Below, in pieces: positions 40,836 to 51,615 of a DNA stretch of 64,000 nucleotides (position 1 is the stretch's first letter; the number at the start of each line of letters is the position of its first letter). This stretch comes from a virus, in IMG/VR virus record IMGVR_UViG_3300025314_000001, positions 42,686 to 106,685 of that record. One strand, written 5' to 3'. Position numbers and translations under genes: made by a program. The notes beneath the pieces were generated by a model. It searched no databases. It saw only the letters and a program-made list of their open reading frames with translations, and was not told where the DNA came from.

Positions 40836-42580
40836 GCTGCCTCCCGTTTTGCAAGGTACGCCGCGGCCAGGCGCTTGATATGGTCTCCGGACACGTCGAG
40901 CTTTTCGACGAGGCCACCGTTCGGGTCGCGTACCCCTTCGATCTGGCCGCGTTTCACTCCCAGAACGTCGGCTACGATGGGGTCGCTACCGCTTTCGGTC
41001 AGCAGGTAGTAGGCCAGCACCGGGTCTTTCTGTCCATCTCGCCACCTACGCGCCGTGCACTGCTCATGCACGCCGTAGCTCCAGTCGAGCTCGCCGAAGA
41101 CGACGACCCGGCCGTTGTCCTGGAGACCGTCTATTCCAGCACCGGAGCGCAGGCTCATGATGAGCACCTTGGTCTCCCCGGACAGAAACCGGCGCTTTGA
41201 CTCTTCCTTCTGCGTCTCGCTTTCGCTTCCGGTGTACATGGCCGGATTCAGGTCTGCGAGTCGCTCGCGAACGATCGCGTAAAACTCACGGTGCCACCCG
41301 AAGAGCACAACGTTTTCGCCGGTTTCCACGATCATCTGGACGAAGTCCGCGACGTAGGGAGCTTTGGCTACCCCGGTCGCTTGCCTGACCAGGTTGCTGA
41401 GCTCTTCCGAAGCCTTCCATTTGTCCCCACGCACCTCTTCGTTGTGGGCAAGAATAACGCGCGCCAGGGACATCGCGGATGATTCCACGCGGCTGATGGC
41501 GCCTTCGTCGCAGTCGATGGTGTGCGGGATCTTCACTAGATCTGGAAGCTCGCGCCCAACGTCGGCCTTCGTCCTGCGAATCATCAGGCAGCAGTCGCGG
41601 ATGTACGAACCGAATGCCTTTGGGTCCTTGATCTTCGCCTTGTCGCCATCCCATCCCGAGCACCACTCGGTCATGAATTCGCTTTTCGACCCCAGTGCCC
41701 CCGGGCGGATAACCTCGAGCACAGGATGGAATTCCGACCCGTAGTTGTAAATGGGTGTGCCGGTGATGCCGACGCGAAAATCCACCGCTCGGGCGAGCTG
41801 TGTGGCCGCGACGCCTTTTTTGGACTTCTCGCCGCGCCGGACCTCCTGTGCCTCGTCCCACACAACGGCTTTGGTGAACTTGCACAGGGTGTCGGCCCAC
41901 CCGGCGAGCTTGTGGTAGGTCATGATCAGAACGTTGGGGGTCGTCATTGAGGCATCGTCCAGCAATGCAATCTGCCCGGCCCGGGCACGCCGGGAACCCA
42001 ATCGCACATCGTAAGGCTCCGACTTCTGGACGATGTGCGTGGTGATGTGGGGAGCAAATTTCTTGAACTCGTCTCTCCACTGCCGCTGAAGGTGAGGGAG
42101 CGTCACCACCACAGCAGGCCGCGTCCGTGCGTCTGAGAGCACACAAATCGCCTCGCAAGTCTTCCCGAGGCCCATATCATCCGCGATCAGCAGGCCGCGA
42201 GTAGCCAGCGCGAGTTCGGCGGCGACCCGCTGATATTCGCGAGCCGGAAGCGCCAGTTCGAAGTCTCTGGGTTCCCGTTGCCCAGCCATCAATTGGGAAA
42301 CCAGAGTCTCGGTTTCCTTATGCTCGTGGGCCCGTCCGCAAAGCCGCTCTCGGTCTTCGTCCCTGACGAACGACAGCGGGTAACGCTCCATGAACCACTC
42401 GAGCTCACGGCAGAGCTCAACCGTGTCGGTCAGTCTTACCGTGCCCTTGTTGGATTTCGCGATCCTAGGGAAGAGTCGCTTGAGCCGAACTACAACATGC
42501 GGCTCGACGTCTAGCGCCCACTTCCCACGGTCATGCTTGATGGTTCCGAACGTCTTCACAATAGGCTCCCCAAGAGGCAA
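40832..42580 (-). CDS. SNF2-family helicase
   Basis: IADDMGLGKT, VWDEAQ, ITGTPIYN, SGAGIDGLQ, EQCTAR. Confidence 0.92.
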   Translation of the reverse strand: MPLGEPIVKTFGTIKHDRGKWALDVEPHVVVRLKRLFPRIAKSNKGTVRLTDTVELCRELEWFMERYPLSFVRDEDRERLCGRAHEHKETETLVSQLMAGQREPRDFELALPAREYQRVAAELALATRGLLIADDMGLGKTCEAICVLSDARTRPAVVVTLPHLQRQWRDEFKKFAPHITTHIVQKSEPYDVRLGSRRARAGQIALLDDASMTTPNVLIMTYHKLAGWADTLCKFTKAVVWDEAQEVRRGEKSKKGVAATQLARAVDFRVGITGTPIYNYGSEFHPVLEVIRPGALGSKSEFMTEWCSGWDGDKAKIKDPKAFGSYIRDCCLMIRRTKADVGRELPDLVKIPHTIDCDEGAISRVESSAMSLARVILAHNEEVRGDKWKASEELSNLVRQATGVAKAPYVADFVQMIVETGENVVLFGWHREFYAIVRERLADLNPAMYTGSESETQKEESKRRFLSGETKVLIMSLRSGAGIDGLQDNGRVVVFGELDWSYGVHEQCTARRWRDGQKDPVLAYYLLTESGSDPIVADVLGVKRGQIEGVRDPNGGLVEKLDVSGDHIKRLAAAYLAKREAA

Positions 42581-42909
42581 CAGGTCACAACAGACTTACC
42601 GAGAATCATCTCAGGTAGATGCCCAAGACGGACCCGTGAGGAAACGAGCACCAGTGCATCCAGCTTTGCCGATTCAGCGTAGCGGTACAACTGGCGGGCT
42701 AGGGCCGAGAATGAACCACCGATCTTCACCTCGACCCCGATACGGCCAACCATGAAATCGATCCGATCGCGCTGAGACAGCCGTACCTCGCGCACGAATG
42801 GGACGCCCGAGTTATGTAACGCTTGAGCGATCCCATCCTGCAGAACGCGCTCGGTGCTAGTATCAAAACGATACGAACCGAGCAGAAGCACGAGGTCGGC
42901 TGGTGACAT
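42556..42909 (-). CDS. PD-(D/E)XK nuclease-like protein
   Basis: E..LQ, REV, RIDF..IGVEVK, QLYRY. Confidence 0.65.
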   Translation of the reverse strand: MSPADLVLLLGSYRFDTSTERVLQDGIAQALHNSGVPFVREVRLSQRDRIDFMVGRIGVEVKIGGSFSALARQLYRYAESAKLDALVLVSSRVRLGHLPEMILGKSVVTCCLLGSLL

Positions 42910-43805
42910 CAGCTCTCCGGTGATCCCCGGTACAGCGGAAGCCCAGTGGTTCCTGCCGCGAGTGAGCAAACCTTGTCGAAGGCTTCTTTGAGGGCCAGGT
43001 CTGGCCGGTAGAGCTCGACCTTCCAGGTGATCGTCCCGTTCTTGACCTGGTAGCGGAGCCGCGCCGGAATGTGGTGCACCGCGCCGTCCCGGAAGACCTC
43101 GATCGAAAGCAGGAAGAGACCGGGTACCTTGAGCTTTTCGCCGGTGGCCGCGTCCTTGTGCTCTTCGGAGTAGGACAGCACCGCTTCACCGGAAGACCGG
43201 TTGACTTCGCGCCCTACCTTCATCTCGACGGTCAGCGCCATCTTGGCGCTCAACTCGAGCAGCTTGTTCGGGAGTGCATACTCCTTGTGGAGTTTGATCC
43301 CGATCTCGACGGCTTCCGCGTACTCTGGATTGCCTGTGTCGACTACCCCGATGTCCATGATCCGGTCTTCGAGAAACTCGGCCATCTCCTCCTGAGTGTG
43401 AACCTCGCACGCAAAGGCGTTCCATCCTTCCCAGGATTCGGACTTCGGGCATTCGTAATTCGCCCGGTGTTTTCCGAAGGCCGGCGTCGACTGATTGGAG
43501 TGGTAATCGAAGACGGTGGTGAGTGTGCAGTTAGCGTCGTTGGCGAATATAGATGACTCCTCAATCTTGAACCGATTCGTATGCGCGATAAACGACTCGA
43601 GGTCGGTCAGTACCGCGATGCCCACGATACGCTCCGGCCGGTCCAGATACTCGTCGAGAAACGGTTTGATTGACCGGATCTCTTTTCCCTTCGGCAAGAG
43701 CATCACGGTAGCTTTTCTTCCGTCGCGCTCGACGTATAGCGTCTCGCTAGTCGACAAGCTTTGGGTAAGCTCAGCAACACTCTGAGCAACGTTCTCTTTC
43801 GTCAC
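42909..43805 (-). CDS. DUF2303/YfdQ-like protein
   Basis: PERIVG..LESFIAH, VFDYH..FGKHRA.Y, QEEMAEFLED, ARLRY. Confidence 0.8.
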   Translation of the reverse strand: MTKENVAQSVAELTQSLSTSETLYVERDGRKATVMLLPKGKEIRSIKPFLDEYLDRPERIVGIAVLTDLESFIAHTNRFKIEESSIFANDANCTLTTVFDYHSNQSTPAFGKHRANYECPKSESWEGWNAFACEVHTQEEMAEFLEDRIMDIGVVDTGNPEYAEAVEIGIKLHKEYALPNKLLELSAKMALTVEMKVGREVNRSSGEAVLSYSEEHKDAATGEKLKVPGLFLLSIEVFRDGAVHHIPARLRYQVKNGTITWKVELYRPDLALKEAFDKVCSLAAGTTGLPLYRGSPES

Positions 43806-44170
43806 GATGGCATCCTCTTTCCTTTGCCGAAGGCCTCGGCATCATCCTGTTCGAATTGCAGTTTGGTTTGCGTGAAGGGAGACTTAGCTAGCTCTCCCTT
43901 CTTGTTGACGAAAAAGGCCGATGTGTCGCGTTCTGGTTGCGGAGCCTTCGTGTCCACCTTCCCGAGGCCGACGTAGCACTTGCCGCTGTTGATGACCTCG
44001 AAGTTGAGGGCGACGGTGATGGTACCCTTGGCTTTCGCAGAGGCTTGGGCCTCGTTCCAAAGCTTCTGGAGTAGCTCAGATACGCGCTCGGTGAGCTCGT
44101 CGTCTGCGGCGCCATCCTGGAGCTCGCTGATGAATTGGGAGAAGCTGGGTATTGTGGTCTGGTCAGCCAT
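43802..44170 (-). CDS. YfdP-like partner of DUF2303
   Basis: KGTITVAL, P..ER..FF..GEL...P.Q; adjacency to the DUF2303 gene. Confidence 0.6.
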   Translation of the reverse strand: MADQTTIPSFSQFISELQDGAADDELTERVSELLQKLWNEAQASAKAKGTITVALNFEVINSGKCYVGLGKVDTKAPQPERDTSAFFVNKKGELAKSPFTQTKLQFEQDDAEAFGKGKRMPS

Positions 44171-44421
44171 ACTGGTCCTTCTGCGCCCCGGCGGCGCGCT
44201 CTGTGAATCGTTTCGCTTCCTGCATCGCCTCGTGCATCGTCCTGCATGAGGCGAAGAACGTGAGCCCGTTGTTCTGGTTCGCTACTACGCGCGGTAGGAG
44301 CTTCGGGTGAGACTCAGCGGTCCAGAACCCAGCTGCCTCCTCTACAACGCCATACTCCGGATGGACGTAGTGACTCGGCCCGGTGCTGACCCAGCCTACC
44401 TTCGACCAAAGAGGGGCACGG

Positions 44422-44805
44422 TTAGGCATTGGCTAACCTCAAAAGGATTGCAGCGTGGCACAGATCAGGCTGTCCCTGCTCGGGCAGCGCGCACCAGCAA
44501 GCCAGGTTGAAGCCTTTGAGCTCACGGTAGATGTCTTCTGTGGTGAACCGAAGCATCCTTCCGTTTAGAAGGTCTTCTGTGAAGATTTCAATTGCGCGTT
44601 GTGTAGCTAGTTGGCGCATTGGGTAAGTAGCAAGCACCATGCACGCTACGGAATCGAGCACGTGCCATGTGCCTTTTGCACCCATCACCTTGTATGGGTT
44701 TCCCCACTTGGTGGTTCGGTCAACGCAACGAATTGGAAGACCGTTGGGGCTGACGAGTCGCGTCCCTTTCGCCCGGGAGCGCTGCAGGCGGACTAGGCTA
44801 GCCAT
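44422..44805 (-). CDS. DUF4326 protein
   Basis: R.TKWGNPY, ELKG.NLACWC, CHA.ILL.LAN. Confidence 0.88.
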   Translation of the reverse strand: MASLVRLQRSRAKGTRLVSPNGLPIRCVDRTTKWGNPYKVMGAKGTWHVLDSVACMVLATYPMRQLATQRAIEIFTEDLLNGRMLRFTTEDIYRELKGFNLACWCALPEQGQPDLCHAAILLRLANA

Positions 44806-44982
44806 TTACCGACAGGTCCATAAGCTTCAACATGTGGCGGACGTCACACTCGATGAGCTTCAGGATCGAGTGCACAATCTTCAGCAACTCGATGTCCTGG
44901 GTGTCCTTGGATTTCTCAAGGAGAGTAGCCGCTACTCTGAGTTGTGCGGGTGGCGACAACCCGTCTATTTGTGATGCAATTT

Positions 44983-45558
44983 TCAGCGCTTCGCGTCGGT
45001 CAACCATTTGACACCTTTCTTACCGAGCTCGTCCCCAAACTGCGTCCAACCTTCCCTTTGGGTCCGTGCGTATAGCTCAAGCCTCGGCCCCGGGCAGAGC
45101 CGCTCGACCTTCTCCATGAACTCTTCGGGCTTCTCGGAGTGCCCGATGCGCGGAGCAAACACCACGCTGTCTTCGCTCGCGGACAACCGGAGCGACGCCG
45201 CCCCCTTCCCGCGCACGCACACTAGGCACGTTTCGTGGGCGTTGCGGCAGTAGTGGCCCATGCCGATCTGGATCCGTTGCCGTTTGGGGTCTTTGGTCTT
45301 GATCCAAACGACGTCGGCTTTGACGATGAACCCGAGCGCCTTCACGAGCTCAAAGGCCTCTTCCTGCATCGCCGCCACGCGCCAAAGGAATAGCCAAGCG
45401 GTGGGAGCCACGAGCTCAGCAAAAACCTTCTGGTGGTAGTCGATGATCTTCTGGATGGGGCTGACCCTGTAGTGCTTTTTTGCCCCCCTGCCGCCTCCAG
45501 GGAGCTTGTCCCGGAACTGCCATCCCGGGTCACTCACGACGCACCGGTGAAGATTCAT
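44983..45558 (-). CDS. MT-A70 family adenine methyltransferase
   Basis: SDPGW, LFLW, GMGHYCRNAHE, HSEKP, LELYAR..GW..FGDE. Confidence 0.9.
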   Translation of the reverse strand: MNLHRCVVSDPGWQFRDKLPGGGRGAKKHYRVSPIQKIIDYHQKVFAELVAPTAWLFLWRVAAMQEEAFELVKALGFIVKADVVWIKTKDPKRQRIQIGMGHYCRNAHETCLVCVRGKGAASLRLSASEDSVVFAPRIGHSEKPEEFMEKVERLCPGPRLELYARTQREGWTQFGDELGKKGVKWLTDAKR

Positions 45559-46082
45559 GGCACAACCACCCGGTCAAAACATCGCTCGGGCGCCACTGGC
45601 TTCGGCTCGGGTATCCGAGGCCGGCCGCACATCGGGCATCCCGGTTGAGGGCGCGCGTGCGGCAGGTTGCAGCAGAGCTTGCAAACCGGGACGCGACGAC
45701 GCGGAGGCTCGTAAGAGGCGCGGGATACCGGAACCCTCGATAGGCCACCCGTTGCTCCCTTCATCTCCACTCGTCTATCGACCTGGAGATTTCGAACCCG
45801 CTCCCGCTGGTGCTCTGCTGAGGTCGGAGGCACGAAGGGCTCGTCGGGCGAGAAGATCCGGTAGGATGACTTGGGGACACGGTAGAACCCAAGTCCCTTG
45901 AAGAGCGCTGGACGGCCGGTTTTTGCCGCGCTGCTCCGCGCTCGTGAGTTGAGTCGCGCGTAGACGCTTTCGCGGGTGTCCTCGGCGGACTCGAGCTTCA
46001 CCGATAGCTCGGAGATCATCACGCCGTGCGGGTGCCCCTTGAGCTCGGCTCGGACCCTGTCCCAAAAGTCTTCGTAGTTCAT
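45555..46082 (-). CDS. Hypothetical protein with C-terminal zinc cassette
   Basis: RRRVPVCKLCCNLPHARP..C..CG..FDRVVVP. Confidence 0.55.
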   Translation of the reverse strand: MNYEDFWDRVRAELKGHPHGVMISELSVKLESAEDTRESVYARLNSRARSSAAKTGRPALFKGLGFYRVPKSSYRIFSPDEPFVPPTSAEHQRERVRNLQVDRRVEMKGATGGLSRVPVSRASYEPPRRRVPVCKLCCNLPHARPQPGCPMCGRPRIPEPKPVAPERCFDRVVVP

Positions 46083-47440
46083 GCGCGACGCTTCCTCTTC
46101 TCGCGCCGCGACACCGGCGGCTCTGGTGGTGGTGGGTGAAACGGATCGGCTAGTAGGTAGACGAAGATCGGAGCTCGAAACCGTGCCTGGTAGAACCCCA
46201 GGCCGTGGGTGTCTCGGCAGTCCGCTCGCGACCACATGTGGAGGCGGGACTGAATTGCATCAGCCGGTTCACGCTCGGTTGCAAGACGACACATCAGCTC
46301 GCTGAGCTGCATCCCTTGGCGCTGGCCCGACAGAATCGATTGGACGCGGTCGACGAACACCGACAGAGCTTCTGGCGTCACCCCCCACCCTTCCTTTCCG
46401 CATCTTCGGAGCAGCTCACGAGCCCGAGCCCGATGCTCTTCGCCTGGTCGGGAGTGAGCCAGAACTCGGATTCCTCGACCACTAGGTGACCGTCCCGCAT
46501 GTTCTGCGACGAGATGATGAACAGCACGGCGCCGGGTGATGACTGGATGACGATCCCGGTACCCGGAAAGTCTAGAATGCCATCTTCGGAGGCACGGGTC
46601 GCACGCCGAGCAGAAAGGTCGATCACGGGCATGATAGGGATTCCTCAACGCTCATGTTTCGTGGTGTAACTACTCCGACGTGTGCCGCTGGGACATACGC
46701 GATAGAACGCGCGCCTATCTTGCGTCCGCTGTAGGCTTCATACGCTTCATCCAGCACCACGAGTTGAACTCCAAAGTACGAACCAAAATCTCGGGCCGGA
46801 GCTAGCGCGACCGCTCGGAACCTGTAGCCCGGGCTCGGCTCGTACCAGACGAGCGAGCCTTCATGGATCCATGAGTAGTCGGCCATCACTTTGCCCCTTG
46901 ACGTTGGGCTGTCGCTCTAGTCATAGCGCGGCGTTTAGCGCGCTCGGCGAAGGTTTTTGCGCGATCCAAAATGTCCTGCGCCAGCTCTGGGTATTCTGCC
47001 TGGCAGGCCTCGGCGTAAGCTCGCATGGCCGGGATCGCGAACGGGTCGTGGTTCCAGTCGAGCACGAAGTATTCGCAGTCTGCGTGCTTCCCTCCCGGTC
47101 GGCTGCTGCCGTCGGTTCGACGCACCCAAAACTTATGATAGATCCCGACGTGTTCCTCCTCGGGATTACCGAGGAGCGGATCATGAATCGCTCCGCGGCA
47201 CCCGCAGCACACACGCCTGAACCCGTCACCTCCGCAGGCTTTGCATTCCCTCAGCATGGTTTCCGTCCTCTCGTAATTCTGCTCCTGACCCATCGCCATG
47301 CCGTTGGGATCCACGGCAGAGACAGCAACGCCCACATCGGAAGATCGTGCCAGAAAGAGCCGCAGGCGTGCATCACGGCGTGCACCTCGCGGTGACTGGT
47401 AGAACGGCGCGGTACCTCGGCACCAGGACACGATCGACCA

Positions 47441-47977
47441 TCATGGGCTATGATCCTTGCGGTCCCTGACTCGTCGCCAATCGCACGTCGGGCAATCCTC
47501 CTTCAGACAGGGAGGATTCGGACAAGACACTGGAACCAGGCGCATGGTTCCCGGTGGCCACTCACCTCGACGGAATGACCTCGATTCCCATTCGTTCAAA
47601 CAACGAATCTCCCAACGGTCTTCGACCGTTCTGTTCTCCACCGACTCCAGCATCCCGGCCGTCCAGGACAGGTCGACGTAATACGCGGCCAGCTTGGCCA
47701 GCTTCAGCATCCCGGCCGTCCAGGACAGGTCGACGTAATACGCGGTCAGCTTGGCCAGCTTGCGAACCTCTGCCACCGCCGCTATCCCGCGGGCTCGGTG
47801 CAACTCGTCTTCCGGGTATGCGGTCGTGTAGAGACCGTGCGAAGCGAACGGGGACTCTCCGCGGTCTAGGCTGTCTTTGATGCACCACGCGAGATAGCGC
47901 GCGTTCCGCGCACGCTCTTCTGGCGTTCCGTTGAACGGGGACTCGATGACGACCAAATCGGTCACGTCGCCCTCCAC
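47441..47977 (-). CDS. Conserved phage protein (nucleoside deoxyribosyltransferase-like fold) with internal duplication
   Basis: LVVIESPF, DSLDRGESPFASHGLY, YVDL..T.GM. Confidence 0.55.
   Translation of the reverse strand: MEGDVTDLVVIESPFNGTPEERARNARYLAWCIKDSLDRGESPFASHGLYTTAYPEDELHRARGIAAVAEVRKLAKLTAYYVDLSWTAGMLKLAKLAAYYVDLSWTAGMLESVENRTVEDRWEIRCLNEWESRSFRRGEWPPGTMRLVPVSCPNPPCLKEDCPTCDWRRVRDRKDHSP
47648..47761. repeat. 57-bp tandem duplication
   Basis: Two copies differing at one base; adds 19 aa in frame. Confidence 0.95.
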
Positions 47978-48512
47978 AGGAATATGCAGTCCACGACCTC
48001 AACCAGACCGCTCCGCTCCGGGTTCGGGTCGTGCCAGAGCTTGTCGTATTGGTAGACGCAGCAGTGAAGCGCCTGCTCCCCGTTCTTCCGCGGCGGGCAG
48101 AGTCCACTAGCGATCCAGAACACGTCTTGTCGTAGGTGCAGCCTGGCCCAATCGATACCGACGAGTAGGTAGGCAGAGCGCCACCCGCGATTCCCGCACC
48201 ACTCGACGAACCTCTCAAACCAGGGCTCCCCGTAGATGACGCAGAAGTTCGGAATCTCCGAAACCGGTATCTCCAAGAAGCAAGCCACGCACGCGGCGAA
48301 GCAGTTGCCCTGACCCACGCCGAACAAGGTTTGGTCGACCCGGATCATGCGACGGCCCTCCTCTCGCTGGAGGAGGAACGCAGGTTCCATCGCTCTACTG
48401 GTAGTGGGTCGGATTCTGGGTCGCCCGACCCACTATCGCGAGATCCGGTGCCCTGGAGTGCCCTCCTGTGCCTCTTGCGCCTGCGGTTTTTGTGCTGTCT
48501 AGCTGCTCGCTC

Positions 48513-48539
48513 CGAGGTTCGAGTCCTCGCGCTGGAGCC
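48513..48539 (+). other. Putative attP core (tRNA 3' end)
   Basis: CGAGG TTCGAGT CCTCG CGCTGGA G CC: T arm plus acceptor 3' strand, directly after the integrase stop codon. Confidence 0.7.
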
Positions 48540-48544
48540 CTCAA

Positions 48545-49654
48545 TCAGGCACTTTTCTTCGAGTTTTTGGACCGACCCGTTTTCTCCGACCCAGAATGCG
48601 ACCCAATAACCGCCAGAGCCGCGTTGAAAGACGGGCGGAAATACTTCGAGGTAGTGTGCGGGTCCCGATGCCCGGCCATGTACTGGATCCCCGCCAGCGA
48701 CGCTTGTGGCCGCTCCCCCATGTGTGTCAGAGCCGCGCTCCGAAAGTGCTGGCAGCACAGGCGTCGTTTCATCGGCGGCAGTTCCGCCGCTATGGCGGCC
48801 TGACGGACGTAGGGGTCGAGTCGGTGCGCTCCGAAGATCGGTCCCTGTTTGGGACACACCGAATCGAGTGCCTTGCGGGCGGTATCGCTCAGTGGAATGT
48901 CCCGAGCGAATCCCTCCTTGTCGATCTCCAGTGTGATCCTCAGGACGCTCTGTCCCTTGGAGTAGTGCTCGGGCACGGACAGTTGCTTGATCGTCGCAGG
49001 CCTGAGGGACGTCTCGTGCGCCACGATGGCCCACGATCGAATGGGCCACCCGTCTCGGGTTGAGCGCTCCGGCAGCCTGGCGATCACACGATCCACTTCG
49101 TCCCGTGACAGCTCTGGAGCTCGGACGCGGCGTGGCAACTTGGATTTGTTCCCAAGTAGACTTGACGGTAGCTCGGGGACCTCCGGCATTTCCGGAAGCT
49201 CTCCCTCGGCCACGAGCCAGCGCAGGAACTTGCGTAGCGCCGACCCTTCGTTTCGAACCGCCTTCCCGGTCACCACCTGCAGACGTTCCGTGAGGAGATA
49301 CTTCGCGATCGATGCGTCTGTCAGCTCGGAAACGCGAGCCCATCGTCGGCACCAGCCGAGACCATAGTCCTCGTATCGAACACGAGTAACCTCGCGCCCC
49401 GCGAGCGAACGCACCCATGAGGCTACGCACCCGAGCACCTCCGACTGGGAAACGGCACGACGTTGTTTGCCGTCGGCGCCTTTGCGGACGTGGAGCGCGT
49501 AGATCTCTCGAGCCCTAGTCTCAGCCGCTGCTCTATCTCTGCGGTCTCGGCATCCGGTGGACTCTTGCGTGCGGTGCCCTTCCGTGGTCCACCGGACCTC
49601 CCAGTATCCTTCTTTGCGCCACCTAAGCCGCCAACCCTGTGCTCGTCTACCCAT
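48545..49654 (-). CDS. int: Tyrosine integrase
   Basis: ETSLRP (R), DKEG (K), QHFRS (HxxR variant), AGH, SKY (Y). Confidence 0.88.
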   Translation of the reverse strand: MGRRAQGWRLRWRKEGYWEVRWTTEGHRTQESTGCRDRRDRAAAETRAREIYALHVRKGADGKQRRAVSQSEVLGCVASWVRSLAGREVTRVRYEDYGLGWCRRWARVSELTDASIAKYLLTERLQVVTGKAVRNEGSALRKFLRWLVAEGELPEMPEVPELPSSLLGNKSKLPRRVRAPELSRDEVDRVIARLPERSTRDGWPIRSWAIVAHETSLRPATIKQLSVPEHYSKGQSVLRITLEIDKEGFARDIPLSDTARKALDSVCPKQGPIFGAHRLDPYVRQAAIAAELPPMKRRLCCQHFRSAALTHMGERPQASLAGIQYMAGHRDPHTTSKYFRPSFNAALAVIGSHSGSEKTGRSKNSKKSA

Positions 49655-49794
49655 CTGTCCAGTACCTCGCGCTCGTACCGGACAATGCCCTCGGCCTCGA
49701 CCCTAGCCAATACTGGACGGATGTTCGCCTGAAAGAACCGAAGGGAAACGTGTAGATATGCCGAAGCCTCTTGCCTGGTGAACAGCTCAGCCAT
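49423..49794 (-). CDS. Excisionase-like HTH protein
   Basis: LFTRQEASAYLHVS..VRYEREVLDRWV. Confidence 0.65.
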   Translation of the reverse strand: MAELFTRQEASAYLHVSLRFFQANIRPVLARVEAEGIVRYEREVLDRWVDEHRVGGLGGAKKDTGRSGGPRKGTARKSPPDAETAEIEQRLRLGLERSTRSTSAKAPTANNVVPFPSRRCSGA

Positions 49795-50850
49795 GTCCAA
49801 GCCTCCGGTATTCAGTTACGCGAGCTGTGCAGGTGAGTACCAACCGCGCTTCAGTCATGGCCCGCGATCCGTCAGGTTATCTCGGTGGCACCATCCGCAT
49901 CGATCGGTCTGTCGCGCGTCGACCAGACCACGAATAACGACGCGCGCAGCTGCGGCGTTGCAGCGTAGGTCACCGTCATGCGCGTCAAGCCAGTCTTCCC
50001 CGAGTTTTACCGCTTGCTGCACCTCTAGGTCTGGGGTGAGCACACTCATCGGTGCTAGCTCCGCCAGAGCTGCCTTCAGCTCGGTCTTTGCATCATCGAC
50101 TCGCTTCTGCGCCATCGGTAGACGAAAATCGAAGCAGGACTGGCAGTAGCCGGCGCGCACGGTGGCGCAGCCACAATCCTCGTAGTCGTTGCCGTCCATG
50201 ACTCGACCTTTGCAGCGGTCAGACATCTCAACCATCTCGCACCACCCTGTACGCGACGACGCGGCTGCGTTGTCCTGCGCGATCGACGAGACCTGCCCAC
50301 CGGCGTAGCTTCGTTCCCTCTACCAGCAGGGGGCGCTCCGACTCCGCGAAGTCGTCGTCGCACAATCCCTCCCAGGACCTAGTAGTGATCCACCAGACGG
50401 TGTGCCCGCTGCCGCGGGCAATCTCAATGACACCGTCGCGTACCTCTGGCGGATTGACCCAGTTCGCGTCTGGTAGTCCGAGAATGTCGGCGGCTGATTC
50501 GTTCAAGAGATCAGCCACGCACCACCCCTTCCTCCGGCCTGCACTGGACCGACGCCGGGAGCGTCCAGCATTGGTTGGTCAGCGGTTCGAACGCCACGAA
50601 CACCAACTGCGCCACGAATTCTTCGAGCCAGTTCACGGGGTCAACCCCAGTCGCTTGCTCGCCCATCCCAATGCCTCGGGCTCTGAATCGAATCCACGCG
50701 ACTCGGAGTACATGGCGTCTGGCCTGTAGATATCGACGAACCATGCTTCGATGTGCCAATACACCTTGGCGCACCAACGCTCTTGGTTGATGACCTGCCA
50801 CGAAGTAACCGTCTTCTCGGTCCAGCCGAGCTTCTGTGCCTCTTCACGGG

Positions 50851-51615
50851 TCACTTGGCGACCTCTGGATTCTGGATCTTGGCGCACCGAATCGGTGGCC
50901 TCGTTCGCCTAGCGTCTACCCACTTTCCTCCCAGCCAGGTGTCGGTGAGCATCCGACCGTCGACTAGTTCGGTCAGATACTCACCGTCTCCTTCCGGTGC
51001 ATCCCGCCACGGACCCGCCGCCGCGCAAGTCGCGAGGTCTCGCTTGGCCTGGTCGCGTTCCGCCCAAGCCTTCCGGAGCGACGCTTGCAAGTGGAACAGC
51101 TCTTTGCGGTAGCTCTGCCCGATGTCCGAGATGACCTCGCGAGCGTGCTCAAGATCACGTCGAAGCCTATCCTTCTCGTCGCAGAGCTCCTTATTCACGG
51201 CTGTCACCGATTCATCCTTGGGCACCCCGGCATGTGCCACGTTTTCTACCGGGCCAAGGCCGAGCAACAACCAGTCGATCTCTGGCGCCTGGTTGTTCCT
51301 GCGCAGTTGTTGGAGTTCTCTGTTTTGCGCGGTCAACCGTTGAATCTCGGCTCGCTGGGTCTGCAGTTTTCGACTGGCCTGGTCAATATCACCCTGCGCC
51401 TGCGCGAGATCTATGCGGAGATGGTCGCGTTCGGATGTGAGGACCGAGAACGTTGTTCTAATCTCCTCGAGCCGAGCTTGGATCGCTTTGCGTTCATCCC
51501 GCAGGCGCATCATCTCGGATGTGATGTCCCGCAATACCCTTCCCAGATTTTCGGCGAACACCTCCTCCTTCTGAGCTGCGTTCACGGCCTGTGCTCCCCC
51601 CCGCAGTGCGGGCAA
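50851..51615 (-). CDS. Hypothetical coiled-coil protein
   Basis: Long heptad-rich ORF. Confidence 0.5.
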   Translation of the reverse strand: MPALRGGAQAVNAAQKEEVFAENLGRVLRDITSEMMRLRDERKAIQARLEEIRTTFSVLTSERDHLRIDLAQAQGDIDQASRKLQTQRAEIQRLTAQNRELQQLRRNNQAPEIDWLLLGLGPVENVAHAGVPKDESVTAVNKELCDEKDRLRRDLEHAREVISDIGQSYRKELFHLQASLRKAWAERDQAKRDLATCAAAGPWRDAPEGDGEYLTELVDGRMLTDTWLGGKWVDARRTRPPIRCAKIQNPEVAK

